From Octopus vulgaris (Eukaryota), in the NCBI GenBank assembly GCA_951406725.2, contig OX597817.1:89156001-89220000 (forward strand): a DNA stretch of 64,000 nucleotides, in the 5' to 3' direction. The notes beneath the pieces are model-generated. The model had not been told where the DNA came from. It saw only the letters and a list, made by a program, of their open reading frames with translations, and did not search any database. A program made the translations under genes and the position numbers. Of this stretch, positions 11,701 through 26,240 are shown piece by piece (the stretch's first letter is position 1; each line of letters opens with the position of its first letter).

Positions 11701-12445
11701 CTTGAACAACGATGCCGCATCATAAATGCAATGATAATTATCATGAAGTCGCAATCTGTTGTTTTCCACAATGAAGGTGAAATGGGAAACCCTAGAGCAT
11801 AGTGGAAAGCTAAAACTCGGACTTCTGAATAGTATTAATAACTGGAAAGTGTAAGTAGACATCGTGAAGATACATTGATAGTGTGTATTTAAAATGTAAC
11901 ATTCCGTAGTTGCATTTAGTCCAAATTTTTTGAGCCATTCTTGACTTCCTTATTTTTACACATCTTGTCTGTCTAGTATCGCAGAAAGGCAGTGGGGAAT
12001 TAGAAAAATCATAAGAAAGTCAGTTTGAATGCCTCGTCGTACACGGTTCGGTTCGACTGTCTGTATTCTGCATTCAAATCTTGCCGACATTAACTATGAC
12101 TTTTAACCTTTCGGGACCAATAAAATACCCGTATCAGTAAAATACTAGGGTCGATTCTCTTCTATTTCTTTCCTTTTTTATTTATTGTTCCAGCAATTCA
12201 AATTGTCTCGCGTTAATTCAGCCTGAGATTTAGGTTAATGCTACACACATCCGTGGAATACTAAATCCTTTACACATTAATTTCTCGAGTAGGAATTAAA
12301 TACTCATCGCCGAGACTGACGGAGAGTCTTTCCAGACTCGCAGGATATTTACTGGACAAGATTCTTTCCCCCATTTTGTTTCATAATTGCTTTTAGTTTT
12401 GCTTTGATTTTATATATATTTCTTTCTCTACCATTTTCTGTTCTG

Positions 12446-12576
<131 letters not shown>

Positions 12577-12695
12577 GTCTGTCTGTCTGTCTATTATTGT
12601 TGTTGTAGCCGTTTTCTAGATGTTTTTTCTCAAGTGTAATTAGCTTCTAGTTTGTAGTTTATTGTTTCCTTATAGACAGGGAAAGAGAGAAAGAG

Positions 12696-12745
<50 letters not shown>

Positions 12746-12968
12746 GGAAGTTTTAAAAAAATATCTTTTCATGTTGCTTTTCTGTTCTAATCAATCTGCT
12801 TCTGAGTACTTATGCAGAGCCATTGTAATTACTTTTTAAAACTCTTCTGTTTCTAGAAGATTCCTTCCCCACCGCAGTACAGGTATATTCCATCTCCATC
12901 GGCTTTAGGAGAGTGGATTCAAATAGCTACCACTACCTTTCTTTCTGTTTCTAAACTCTTTAATTTAC

Positions 12969-13057
<89 letters not shown>

Positions 13058-13206
13058 CCTCTCTCTATCTACCTGTCTCCCGATCTACTTATATACTTAC
13101 ATATCACTCACCATTCATTCACTCACTCACTCACTCACTCATTCAATCAAGTAATCTATCTATCTGTCTGTCTGTCAGTTTGTCTGTTTGTCTGTCTGTC
13201 TGTTTG

Positions 13207-13257
<51 letters not shown>

Positions 13258-13290
13258 CTATCTATCTATCTATCTATCTATCTGTCTATC

Positions 13291-13656
13291 TGGCAAGAAT
13301 GGTAAGTATGAAAGACGACACCATTTTAAGCATAAATCTATAACAAAAAGAGAAAATGAGAGAAAAGGTACTTACTCTTATATACATTTTGAACTGTCTG
13401 AGGTGACCTTGGTCTTTTTTATAGGTTTTTCTCTCCAAGGCTACACCTAAACTGTGAACAATATCGATCCCCTTTTTTGGGGGGGAACTTTATATATTTC
13501 TTTGTTTTTTTGTACACTACGCAGCCCAACGATTTTAATCCCTATTGATCGAACTTTTTCTTTGTGTGTCCCATCCATCCCACCTTGAAAAGAAAAACTC
13601 TTCATTGTATTTCGTCTATTTTCTGTGTTTAGCCCTGTGTGGCCATAATAGAAAGA
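13291..13656 (+). mobile_element. Tx1-clade LINE 3' end embedded in (TATC)n
   Basis: ARMVSMKDDTILSINL* followed by a 3' UTR ending agccctgtgtggccataatagaaa; homologous to 32785-33310. Confidence 0.65.
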
Positions 13657-13747
<91 letters not shown>

Positions 13748-14492
13748 TTATGCATCCAAGCATATTGTTGCTTTCTGTACAGAGTTCAGGAACTAGAGCT
13801 GATGGATGCAATTTATTACATTAAGACTATAGTTTACAACTGGGATACCTATTATTTCATTTCTGGCATTGAGTTCATTTTCGCTTTATAAAATTTTGAT
13901 CCTTCTCTAATATTCTCTTCTCATTGTTTTTCTCCATATCTGTATATAATTTCCTGTTAGTTCCACCCACGCCTAAATGTTTGTATAAACAATTTCCGCT
14001 CCGTGGGCCACTCGACATATTTAACTATATTTTACTTCGATTTACAGAATGAATCCGAAAACTCTAGGTTTCGCTGAGAGCAACGATTTATATTTTTTCT
14101 TTCAATCCACCCACTTGGGTCTCAATTCACCGCTCACCTTCCTCGAACAGCGCATACGCATACACATAATCACACACACGCACGAACGCACGCGCGTGAG
14201 CTCACACACAAATACACACATACACACACATGCACACACATGCCCCCCCCCCACACACACAGGGCACATGTCAAATAAAGAAACCTGCATACAAAAACTA
14301 CTTTTCTGTCACTCCAACGCAGTGTGCGTGTATGTATGCATGTATATGTGTGCGTGTGTGTCTGTGTGTGTGTGTACACTCTAACCAGTATGCAGGGGAT
14401 AGTCTCCCGGTAAGTCTTTTTTAGTTTTTGTCTTGTTCTATTCCTCTCTCCCTCTTTCTCTCTCTCCTCTCTCTCGATATATGTATATGTAC

Positions 14493-14567
<75 letters not shown>

Positions 14568-14653
14568 GAAAGTTTACGAAAATAAACAAAAAACGAAAGC
14601 ACGTGGAGTACAAACAAACAAATGTATTAGTATACCGCTCAGGAATAGAAAAG

Positions 14654-14691
14654 TCTTTTACGTTTCGAGCTTACGCTCTTCGACAGAAAGA
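14654..14691 (-). ncRNA. Minimal hammerhead-like motif (variant core)
   Basis: Minus strand: tcttt-CTGTCGA-a-GAGC gtaa GCTC-GAAAC-GTA-aaaga; stem I and stem II pair perfectly. Confidence 0.45.
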
Positions 14692-14832
14692 TACACAGAA
14701 AAAAAACAAGGAGAGAAAAAAATGCGTGTATCTATCATATATATATATATATATATATTATATGCGTGTACGTGTGCATGTGTATGCATGTGTATGCATG
14801 CGTGCGTGCGTGCGCGCGCGCGCGTGTGTGTG

Positions 14833-14864
<32 letters not shown>

Positions 14865-15549
14865 CGTGGATGTCTGTGCCTGTGTAAAACAGCGAATAAT
14901 GAAGACGAAGGACTTCTAAAATTGCGAAAAGGGAAACTTTAAAATTTTTCAGGCAGACAAATCCCATGATCAGGAGTGAGCGGATTAGAAAAAATGTGTA
15001 TTCATGAAGATCTTGACATGTTGTTTGTCCGACACACACGCACGCACACACATACACTCACACACACATACACACGCGCGCACACACACACGCGCGCACA
15101 CACACACACGCGCGCAAACTTTTTAAATGTTCAATAATTATACTGGGTCTGATTTATTAATGTTTTTTTTATTCTTGGATCAGTAGCTTCGTACACCGTT
15201 TCGAATTTCCTGCTGAACGCTTTTCCATTTTGGAAATGATTAAGTAAATCAATTATCATTTCTACAGTGGAAGGATTTTCTTGACATTTGAAAATATTAA
15301 AAGCAAATATATGTAAAACTATTCTCACTTTTTATGTTTAAGCTCGGTAAACCTAAATAACAAAGTATTACAACAGAAGTAAAATAGATGTAAATGAAAA
15401 TCCGAAAAGGAAAGACGATTTTGTGCCTCTATATACGTAATGTGAAAAAAAAAAAACTCTGACATAATGCCAAACGTCGTAAAAGGAAACCATATAAACC
15501 GTGGACCAACATACATACACATATTTACATATGAATGTATGTATGTATT

Positions 15550-15583
<34 letters not shown>

Positions 15584-16341
15584 TGTATGTATGTATGTAT
15601 GTATGTATGTATGTATGTATGTGCATGTATGTATGTATGCATGCATGTATGTATATATGTGTATGTATGTATGCATGTATGCATGTATGTCATTGTTCAG
15701 TTTTATTTCAAGATTTCTTGCCAATAGAGAAAGAATCGGTTTGTAACCTAGATCCATTGGAATTTCAACATTAACAACAAGGTGTTTTATTTGTTTGTAT
15801 GTATGTATGTATGTATGTATGTATGTATGTATGTATGTATGTATGTATGTGTGTATGTATGCATGTGTGTGTATGTGTGCATATAAACACATATAAACAT
15901 GCATACACACATGCATATGTATATACATATGTTAGTCAATCAAATTCATACAGTTCGAACTTCTCATTATTTTTGTGTTTTCACAGTTGTACTTGATTAT
16001 AACACTAATAAAGTAAAATATGCAACTTTTTCAAATATAAGCTATGTATTTTCTTCTTATTAAAAATCTTCAGATAAAGGCTTATGCAGTAGTAGTCTTA
16101 ACAAACAACTAATGTGCTTTCCATTTGACAACTGTAGTGAAATGATCGCGTTTTTCCTTTTATACATAAAAATATGAATGTAAATACATAAACATACACA
16201 TGTACACACACACATACGCACATGGACACATGTATATACATACATACACTGACACACACACACATATATATGCATCTTTCCTAGGGAACTGTGACTTGTT
16301 GACTAGCATTGAAGAATGTTTAAAATATATATATATATATA

Positions 16342-17579
16342 TTGGGTTGGCAACTAAATTCTCGCGTTTTTTTTTTAATTTTGGAATTTATTGCGTATTC
16401 AAATTTTGGAATCTATTTTTTTCGAGAATTCTATTTTTGAATCATTTTGGAATCTATTTTGTTTTTTGTTTTTTTCTAGTTGATTTTAGTTAATTTTTGT
16501 TTATTTTCAGATCATTAAAATGGAATGTCAAGTTAAGAAAAACGAGCATTTTCGACACCTCCTTCTTTTTTGCTTTTAATCAAGGTTCTAAGGCCGTAAA
16601 AGCTGCTCGTGACAATTGTGCTGTGTATGGAGAAGGTGCCATAGCTGAAAGAACCGGTCGTGATTGGTATGCCAAGTTCAAAAATAGAAATTTTAACCTC
16701 AAAGACGCACGTAGTTCTGGCCGTCCAGCTGAGTTCGATGAACAGCGATTAAACCAACTTTTGCACGAAAATTCTCGTCAAACGACACGGGAACTGGCAG
16801 AGAAAATGGAATGCTTCCACACTGCTATAGAGAATCATCTTTATTCAAAGGGAAAGGTTCAGAAGTATGGAGCATGGCTTCCGCATGCTTTAAGTGACAA
16901 AACAAAAATAAATGAGCCACAATCTCCGCTAGTTTGCTTGCTCGTCACCGCTCAACTCATGGACACAAACAACGATTTCTTTACCGAATCGTTACTGGTG
17001 ACGAAAAATGGTGCCTGTACATCAATATGAAGCGGCGTAAGGAATGGCTTAGCCCCGGTAAACAAGCGACACGATGTTGTGCGTATGGAGGGACTGGGAA
17101 GGGATTATCCATTACGAATTGCTTGAACGGAACCAAACGGTCAATGCGGAACGACTCAACACAGCTATTCAAGAGAAAAGACCTAATCTCCGCTGGTTTG
17201 CTTGCTCGTCACCGCCATCCCTCAATATGACCAATATGACCAAGGAAGCCATTCAAACGCATGGCTGGGAAGTTCTGCCACACCCGCCGTACTCTCCTGA
17301 TTTGGAATCAAACAGATTTCCACCTCTTTCGATCTCTTTCAAATGCTATGCGCGGAGCTTCGTTCAATACTGATGCAGAATTGAAAGCTTGGTTGGATCA
17401 ATTTTCCGAGTCGAAATCGGGTGATTTTTACCAACGAGGTATTGAAAATCCTGTTGAACGTTGGGAGGATACATTATTGGGTGAATACATTATTGATTAA
17501 TTAGTTGTTATTCTTTTTATTAAACCTTAAAAAAAATTTAAATTAAAAAAGAACGGCGGGAACTTAGTTGCCAACGTAA
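16342..17579 (+). mobile_element. Mariner transposon, full length, frameshifted transposase
   Basis: TIRs ttgggttggcaactaa.. / ..ttagttgccaacgtaa; HTH (R.W..KFK..LKD..RSGRP), GAWLPH, IVTGDEKW, HPPYSPDL, DFHLFRSL, YQRGI..RWE. Confidence 0.95.
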
Positions 17580-18934
17580 CGTGTGTGTGTGTTTCTTTCT
17601 ATATATAGTCGTATATAACAGTGTCACACATAAAATTGATGGATAATTTCAATACCTTCGAGCACCACATTTATTATATTCTTACAAGGAAAATTTCAAC
17701 AGTGACTTACCAGCCGTCATAACATTGTGCTCGTTACTTAAGTTTTCTAACCTTTATATATACTTTTCATATATTGGGTGTATGGAAAAATAAATGACAG
17801 AAAAATTAGAGGAGGGGATGAAGGAAAATTGGATCTGTCTCTGACCTATCCTCGATTTATGTACAAATACTAATCTAACCGCTGGCACCTATATCTATCT
17901 ACATACATGCTTGAATGAACTTTAACAAAAGTCTAATACCAACAACAAACACCTTACAAATTATATAACAGTCCAAGAAGAAACTCTGACTAGATTCAAC
18001 AAATCTTTCAACACCAGCCACTTAATGCGAGAAGTCTATGGATCTGTCTGTTCCTCTACTCCTATACAAATCTAACTCTCAGCACCTGTTTTTATAAGCA
18101 TGCTCGAATGAAACCAAACAATAGCATCTAACAAATATTAGTTTCTCACACCAATTATAACCAACTTGTAATTGCCATGAGGCCATTTTACTGTAATAAC
18201 CAAAGAATGTTTTCGCCATACTTACCTCCCTACTTTCATCATACAAACGCTTGTTTTCTTCCTCTCCTTCTCTGCCCTTACTCTCGTTTTATCCTAAAAC
18301 TTTTCCTTTTCCCCCTACACACGTTTCTAGCCGAATCCTCAAATTTACTCCTTAGAAAACATGCCCTTCACCACCAATAAAAAAAAATTGTAAGGCTTGG
18401 GAAACAACGCCTTACATACACTTTATATACTTACACGTACTGTACACTACACTTTGTATTTACTTTATAGTGACAGTAAATAATCGAAATTTCGAAGTTA
18501 CTATCTGTACGTATGTATTTTTATTTTTATCTTTTCTCATTCTACTTTTTTCTTTTACCTTCCTCTCGCCGTTTCTCGATTTTCTTTTTTCTTCTCAAAG
18601 ACCAGCCATGTTGTATATTTGGGTTTTAAATATTACTTGTAAACACATGCAGTGCAATAAAAGCTTGCCCGACCATCGTGTTTTCGTAGCATGAAACTAA
18701 TAGTAGCTTGAATTTAAAGCACACGCGTTCGCGCGGAGACACATATTCGTTTGTACGTATACATAGAGTATGTGTTTATGAAAGATTGGAAACAGAGATA
18801 GAGACAGACAGACAGACCTATACAACACTGACAAACAAACAGGAAGATAGATATTTAGGGGTAAAAGTGAACAGTAAAGAAAAAGAAATAAACAGAAAGC
18901 AAGGTAGGTAAACAGAGAGGAAGAGGAAGAAAGT

Positions 18935-18979
<45 letters not shown>

Positions 18980-19099
18980 AGAAAGAAGAATTATCGACTG
19001 TTTATTCCCCGTGCTACCAATCTCTGTAGACTAATTAATTGCTCTCTGCAGCTGAGTCTATCTGATTCACAGACGTCCCTCACGTACACGCCACAAACA

Positions 19100-19134
<35 letters not shown>

Positions 19135-19387
19135 ACATACATACACACATTCATACATAACACACACATATACCTATGTATGCACACATGCATGTAGAGT
19201 GACACGCAGTCATATACTTATACTAATGCAAGTAATGCAAGTGCGTATATGTATACATACACAATACACACACATCTATATAAATGTGCGTGTGTATATG
19301 CATACACACACATCTATATAAATGTGCGTGTGTGTATGCATACACACATATATGTACGTTTATGTGTATATGTTGAGTATGTATAAA

Positions 19388-19418
<31 letters not shown>

Positions 19419-19724
19419 AAATGTTTATATATTACACACATTCATATATAAATATATATACTGTATATGTATACACACACAAACATACATATATATTTGC
19501 ACACGTACATTGATATGCATTTACACAGACTCGCACAAATATACAAGGACTACTATACTTACAGAACTCAATACAAAAGTCTAAGTACATCTAAAATTTT
19601 ACAACAGCTGATAAATTATACCGAACCTCCTGGTTCTACTCATACATACATCGCATGAAACACTCACCCAGTCTCCTAATATAATAATGAGAGTAGTGTT
19701 TTTATATATTTGTATATATTTGTA

Positions 19725-20122
19725 TAGGCGCAGGAGTGGCTGTGTGGTAAGTAGCTTGTCTACCAACCACATGGTTCCGGGTTCAGTCCCACTGCGTGGC
19801 ACCTTGGGCAAGTGTCTTCTACTATAGCCTCGGGCCGACCAAAGCCTTGTGAGTGGATTTGGTAGACGGAAACTGAAAGAAGCCCGTCGTATATATGTAT
19901 ATATATATGCGTGTGTGTGTTTGTGTGTCTGTTTGTCCCCTAGCATTGCTTGACGACCGATGCTGCTGTGTTTACGTCCCCGTCACTTAGCGGTTCGGCA
20001 AAAGAGACCGATAGAATAAGTACTGGGCTTACAAAAAAGAATAAGTCCCGGGGTCGATTTGCTCGACTAAAGGCGGTGCTCCAGCATGGCCGCAGTCAAA
20101 TGACTGAAACAAGTAAAAGAGT
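19725..20122 (+). mobile_element. Full-length tRNA-derived SINE (Octopus OR/OK-like)
   Basis: A box TGGCTGTGTGG (19737-19747), B box GGTTCAGTCCC (19780-19790), internal TA/GT tract, tail ..gactgaaacaagtaaaaga; many copies in the window. Confidence 0.9.
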
Positions 20123-20454
20123 ATATGTATTTATCCAGAATCACGCCAGATGCGGAGGAGGAGAGAAAATAGTAATTCAGCGAAGGAGAAGTAGTGAGAG
20201 TAATAGCTCTGACTGAGAGGGAGTGAGAGAAAGTAATAGCAATGAGAGAAAGGAAGGGGTGACAAAAATCAGCGTTTCAACTCTGTGTGTGTATATGTGT
20301 GTTTGTGAGTGTACAAGGGAAGTCTGTGAATGTTTGTATGTGCGATTATTATGCACCTTATTTTGTACACTATGTATAAAATACTACAATTAGCTGGCAT
20401 TGTTGACGTCACGTAGTCAGCTAGTGATATAATAATAACAAAAATAATCATTTA

Positions 20455-20815
20455 TAATTTTGGCTCAGGGTCAGTAGTTTTGAAAGGAGGGGGCAAATCG
20501 GTGACATTGATCGCAGGGTTTGACTGGTACTTATTTCATCGACCCGGTAAGGCTGAAAGACAACGTTAACTTCGGCAGAATTTGAGCTGAGAACGTAAAG
20601 AACCTGAAGCATTTTGTCTGATGCAGTAACGATTCTGCAGTAACGATAACTATTGTGTGCGTGTGTGGGTGTATGCATCGCCTAGAAGGATATCTAGATG
20701 AATGGATCGACCCCAACGCTTATTTTCTTTTAAGCCTCGTACTTATTCTATCGGTTTCTTTCTGCCGAACCGCTGGTTTATGGGGACGCAAACAAACCAA
20801 CATCGGTTGTTAAGC

Positions 20816-20881
<66 letters not shown>

Positions 20882-21035
20882 CACACACGATGAGCTTCTT
20901 TCTGTTTCCGTCTTCCAAATCCACTCAGAAGTCTTTGGTCGGCTCGAGGCTCTAATAGAAGACAATTGCCCAAGGTGCTACGGAGCGGGACTGAACCCCA
21001 AGCTATGTACTTGGGAAGCAAGCTTCTTACCACAC
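20455..21035 (-). mobile_element. Two decayed SINEs (second-family unit, then a 19725-family copy)
   Basis: gtacttatttcatcgaccc..cggcagaatttgagct motif, then a reverse-complement copy of the 19725 family. Confidence 0.7.
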
Positions 21036-21222
21036 ATATGTGTCTTTCTGCTTGTGTTGTGTTTGTCCCCCACTACAGCTGGTATTGGTTTGTTTAGGAC
21101 CACATATCTTAGTGGTTCAGCAGAAAAGAACCGACAGAACAAATATCAGGCTTAAAATAAGTACTGGGGTCGATTTTGTTGTTGTTGTTGTTGTTGTTGT
21201 TATTATTATTATTATTATTATT

Positions 21223-21366
21223 CAGGTCACTGCCTGGAATCGAACTCGAAATATTGGGGTTAGTTGCCTGCGCTCTTAACCACTACGCCACGGGCATTTG
21301 GCGTAGTGGTTAAGAGCACGGGTCACTAACCCCAAGATTCCGATTTCAATTTCAGGCATTGACCTG
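21223..21366. repeat. Back-to-back inverted pair of tRNA-like heads
   Basis: 68-bp arms (21223-21290 and 21299-21366) with an 8-nt spacer; each has A box TGGCGTAGTGG and a B-box-like GTTCGATTCC or TTTCAATTTC. Confidence 0.8.
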
Positions 21367-21539
21367 GAGTCGATTTGTTCTACTAGACCCTTCAAGGTGG
21401 TGCTCCAGCTTGGCTGCAGTTCAGTGACTGAAACAAGTAAAAGATAAAAGATAAAGTAACCAAAGGCATCAATAATTACAGGTATAACGTTTATTCTGTA
21501 ATTCAGATAGAGAAGCTGTAAGGTTTATCTTTCAGCTTT

Positions 21540-21960
21540 CATTTCTTACATGCTTCACACTGTGGCCATACTGGGGCACCTCCTTGAAGAATATCTAGTC
21601 AAATGAATCGACTTCAGTACTTTTTTAAAGCCTCGTACATATTCTATCGGTCGCTTTTTCTCGAACCGCTAAATTATAGGGACGTAAACACGCCCACATA
21701 GGTTATCAAGGGGTGTTAGAGGACAAACAGACACAGACAGACAGACAGATACACACACACACACTCACACACAAACACACACACATATGTATATACGGCA
21801 GGATTCTTTCAGTTTCTGTCTACCAAATCCACCCACAAGACTTTGGTCAGCCCGACGCATTAGGAGAAGACACTTGTCCAAGGTGCCACGCTGTGGGACT
21901 GAACCCCAGAACCATGTGGTTGGGAAGCAACCTTCCTACAACACAGCCGCACCTGCACCT
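21540..21960 (-). mobile_element. tRNA-derived SINE, diverged full-length copy
   Basis: Reverse-complement similarity to 19725-20122. Confidence 0.8.
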
Positions 21961-22315
21961 TTAGCAGTTTACAGTTGTCCATAAATATCCTTCTTCTCAA
22001 AGATTTTGAAAGAAATATTGCCATCCGCAGGAGAGTTGACCTCTAAGAAGATATGTAATCTTTCTTTTCTGACTCAAGCAGCTACATCAGGGCTGTTATG
22101 TTTGGATTTGGTCAAAGTTTTTGACGAGAAAGTAACATCAATATTTCTTAGGTTGAAACGCGTGTATGTATGTGTGCGTGCGTGTTTGTGTATGTGTGTT
22201 TGTGTGAGTGTGTGTGTCCGCGCGCGTGCATGTGCATGTGTGAGTGTATGTGTATGTGTGTGCACACCTGCGTGTGTGTAGGTATGTACGTATGTATTTA
22301 TGTATCTATCCATCT

Positions 22316-22396
<81 letters not shown>

Positions 22397-22747
22397 AAGA
22401 CCTAACATGAGAAATATTTTCTCTCTCTATTCCAGAGATCTTTCCAACAGAGGCCATTGTACACTGTTTTAGTAACAACATCATACCACATTGAAGAGGT
22501 ACCATAATGATAATATAAGGTCACTTACTGATCATACGTATAATATCTTCCACATCAGTGTAAGATTAGTGGAATATGTGTCGAGTATTGGCGGTTCTAA
22601 GACTACATTGTCTGCTTTTGTTAAACATACGTTTAGGTGTTATCTCTTGTTTGAGCTGCAAAAGCTTAATCTTCAAAATGCGATGCATGTAAAAGTCACA
22701 CAACTAAAACAGGCTACGCTTATTGTCAATAATATCATAATTCTCTG

Positions 22748-23870
22748 AAGGCGGCAACGCTGGGCAAAATGCCCGTTCTGAGTTAAAGTTTCGCCGAGGT
22801 CGACTTTGCCTTTCATCCTTTCGGAGTCGATGAAATAAGTACCAGTCACGTACTAGGGCTAATGTAATAGACTAGCCCCCTCCCCCAAAATTTACGGCCT
22901 ATAGTAGAAAGGAATATCATAACCCTCTCAAGGCGGTGAGCTAGGAGAAGCGTTAAGCACTCCGGGTTTAACGATTAGCGGCATTTCGTCTGTCTTCATG
23001 TTTTCAGTTCAAATTCGGACGATGTCGTCTTTGCCTTTCCTCTTTTCCGGGTCGATAAAATTAGTACCAATTGAGCACTGGGGTCAATGTAATCGACTTA
23101 CCTTCTCCCCCGATATCGTTAGCCTTGTGCCAAAATTTGAAACGAATATTGCCAATATCGTTTTACTTCGGAGGAATGTACCTTCCACTTATACGATGAT
23201 ATTCTCTTTACTTTTGAGCATTTACTTAATATACTTGTCTCTACCGCTGTTGTTTAATGGATGGTGCTTGATAATGACAGAAGGCACTTAAATAGTGTCC
23301 GGGCCGATTTTATTATGCCTCTCCCGCAGATTTTCTTCGAAGACAAATGTCAACGTCATCGATACTGGCACAAGACCGGAAATTACGGAGGATGAGAAAA
23401 ACAATTTAATCGGCCTCTGTGCTCAACTGTTTCTTATTTTATCGACCCCGAAAAGACGCAAGGCTATTGAAACCCGGCAGAATTTGAGTTCAGACCGAAA
23501 TACCTATTTCTTTCTACCCACAAGGGGTTAAACACAGAGGACAAACAAGGACAGACAAAGGGATTAAGTCAATTACATCGACCCCAGTGCGTAACTGGTA
23601 CTTACTTTATCGACCCCGAAAGGATGAAAGGCAAAGTCGACCGCGGCGGAATTTGAACTCAGACGAAATACCGCTAAGCATTTTACCCGGCATGCTAATG
23701 ATTCTGCCAGCTCGCTGCTTTCGCCGTTGCTAATAATGTTTCAAATTTTAGCACAAGGACAACAAGTTCACGACCCCAGTGCCAACCCGGTACTTATTTT
23801 ATCGACCCCGAAAAGATGAAAGGAAAGTCGACTACAACGGAATTTGAACTCAGAACGTAAAGACGGGACG
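22748..23870. mobile_element. Cluster of short SINEs (two on +, about three on -)
   Basis: Recurrent core ctgagttcaaattccgccgaggtcgactttgcctttcatcctttcggggtcgataaa..gtaccag in both orientations. Confidence 0.75.
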
Positions 23871-24176
23871 CGACGTTATTTATATTCAGGATAGCACTAT
23901 CATTGACAGTAAGTGTAAACTCTCATAGACTCTCATAGGCACTTTCTGGAGATTATGCTTTGGCAATACAAGGGCAGGAAATTGCTACTAGATATACAAA
24001 TACAATGTGGGTTATTAACTTATAAGAGGAAAGTTTCAAATGACACATGTTTTAAAAGTTAGTGTAATCTTCTATGGTTACACTTTTATTGTCCATACCA
24101 AATTTATGGTAATACTACTTAGGTATCTGAAGTACTTAATTAATGTATTGGGGAGAGTTAGAGAAACAATTGGTGA

Positions 24177-24393
24177 TTAGCATTTACATCGGACATATCT
24201 GACACAAATATTCTACCTGTTTTATGTTCAAACCAGCCAGATTCGGTATCTCACACCTACCTACAATGTCATTCTAAAATATATAATCACATCAACAAAA
24301 TTTTGAAGCTATGAGATAAAGTATGATTTGTTCAAATCAATTTGAATAAATAAGCATCACATTTGACAGAGAAATCTGAATGCTAAAGGGTTA
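24177..24393. mobile_element. Possible piggyBac-type MITE
   Basis: Ends ttagcatt.. / ..aatgctaaagggtta; a similar ttaaccctttag terminus occurs at 36821. Confidence 0.35.
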
Positions 24394-24651
24394 TACATAT
24401 CTTTTAAGTCAAATTCCATTTTCATATCCGCTAAAATGTGAAAACGTTTATTTTTTTCGTAAGTATTATAAATATTTCTAGTATAAATTTTCATATTATC
24501 TACAAAAAATTTATAATTTAGATTGATGTCTCTTACTGTTGTGCACCTTAACACACAATTATTTGATTGGACTTAAATTAAGGGCTAAAAAGGGTAAAAA
24601 CAGAAAACAGAAAGAGCGTCTAATTTGAATATTTCTCTTAAAAAATAAATA

Positions 24652-24868
24652 CGAGGGGGTGCTGAAAATTTCCTGGCTTTAGGTAAAAGAAAATCCAGGA
24701 GGATCAGTTAATTATGATTTTCTTCAACATATTCCCCTCTCAGATTCACACACTTATTGCAGGGGTTCTTCAGTCTTTCTAAACCATGTAAAAGGACTCA
24801 GTAGGTTGGGCCTCCAGCCAGGCCTTTCACGACGCCCTTAAAACCAGGAACTTTTCAGCATCCCCTCG
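24652..24868. mobile_element. Mariner-derived MITE
   Basis: ~30-bp TIRs cgagggggtgctgaaaatttcctgg / ccaggaacttttcagcatcccctcg with TA on both flanks; second copy at 38534-38749. Confidence 0.85.
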
Positions 24869-25286
24869 TAATATTGGAAACGGTCGTTTTGTTTCAGGTG
24901 CAAGTGTGAAGATTGTTACTGAAGTTTTTGAGAGCTTTTCTATAATAACAGCTATGATTGCAAGTACTTTGGCCAAAATCAACGATTCCAGAAACCATGA
25001 GTAGAGAACGGAATTAAACATCTTTCTGTAATTAAATTATACTATCATAAGGTTTCTACGCTTCATTTTTCACACAGAGAGCAAAACTTTGTTCATTAAG
25101 CATTGTCCAGCACATCACCTCACCCACTTCCTTTCCAGCTGTCTACTCATTAGTGACTATCTCGTTGGACTAGCAAGAGTCTTGGAGGAATTGGTTTAGA
25201 CATATAAATCGATGAATATCTGTCTCTAAGTGGGTGTGTGTATACATAACATACATACATGCACACACACACACACTCGCACACAC

Positions 25287-25319
<33 letters not shown>

Positions 25320-25401
25320 TGTATGTATGTATGTATGTATGTATGTATGTATGTATGTATGTATGTATGTATGTATGTATGTATGTATGTATGTATGTAT
25401 G

Positions 25402-25492
<91 letters not shown>

Positions 25493-25974
25493 CACACTCA
25501 ATAATACAGGTGAGTTGAGTTTCACTACAGCTGTTTCAGATAGGTTCTTTATTGATGAACAAAAGTGTTGCATCATGCAAAAAGAAAGAAAAAAAGAATG
25601 AAAAGCGTTTTCTTCAGGTGAATTAAGAGTAAATTTCAACACTTAAGATTCTCACTAAAATAAAACATAGTGCGAATGTGTTATCGTTTATTCTTCACCT
25701 AATCTGGAACCTTCTATGCGTTGAATCTGAAGCCTATAATCGAATATGCAATGCGTACTGTGAATGTACCCCTGAGTTTCTGTGAGTGTGTGCATGAATG
25801 GAGTGACAAATCGCTCTTTACTTTAGTAAGTACGTATATGTCAGTATATGTTCGAAGTGCACAAGTGCATTGTCCCCGGCCCTATCTTGGTGCCTTTACT
25901 ATTTAAATACTTGATGCTATCGTATGCTGAAAATTATATATATATATCCTATCAAAATACAGGACCAGATACTA

Positions 25975-26240
25975 CAACAACTTGGGCTTCAAGGGCCCAC
26001 AGCTCTTCAATATCCTTCCAAAATGCTTGAAAGACCCACATGGTGAGGATGTAAGTTTCTTTAAAACAAAACTGGCTCTCTTCCTGTGAAGGGTCCCAAA
26101 CAAACTTACCTCATGGTAGGAAACACAGATGAGGGCAGCGGAGTCAAACTCCCTCATTGACCAAATGCTACATATCTGACGAGGTTTCAAATACTAGTGT
26201 AGCACAGTCAACAGCCGTGCCCCAGCATGACCGCAGCTTA
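25975..26240 (+). mobile_element. CR1-like LINE 3' end
   Basis: LGFKGPQLFNILPKCLKDPHGEDVSFFKTKLALFL*RVP..RAAESNSLIDQM; the tail resembles the SINE tail. Confidence 0.7.

Noticed and set aside
19725-19805. Functional tRNA gene
   Set aside because: A and B boxes are present, but the sequence continues into a SINE body found in many copies and no complete cloverleaf is evident.
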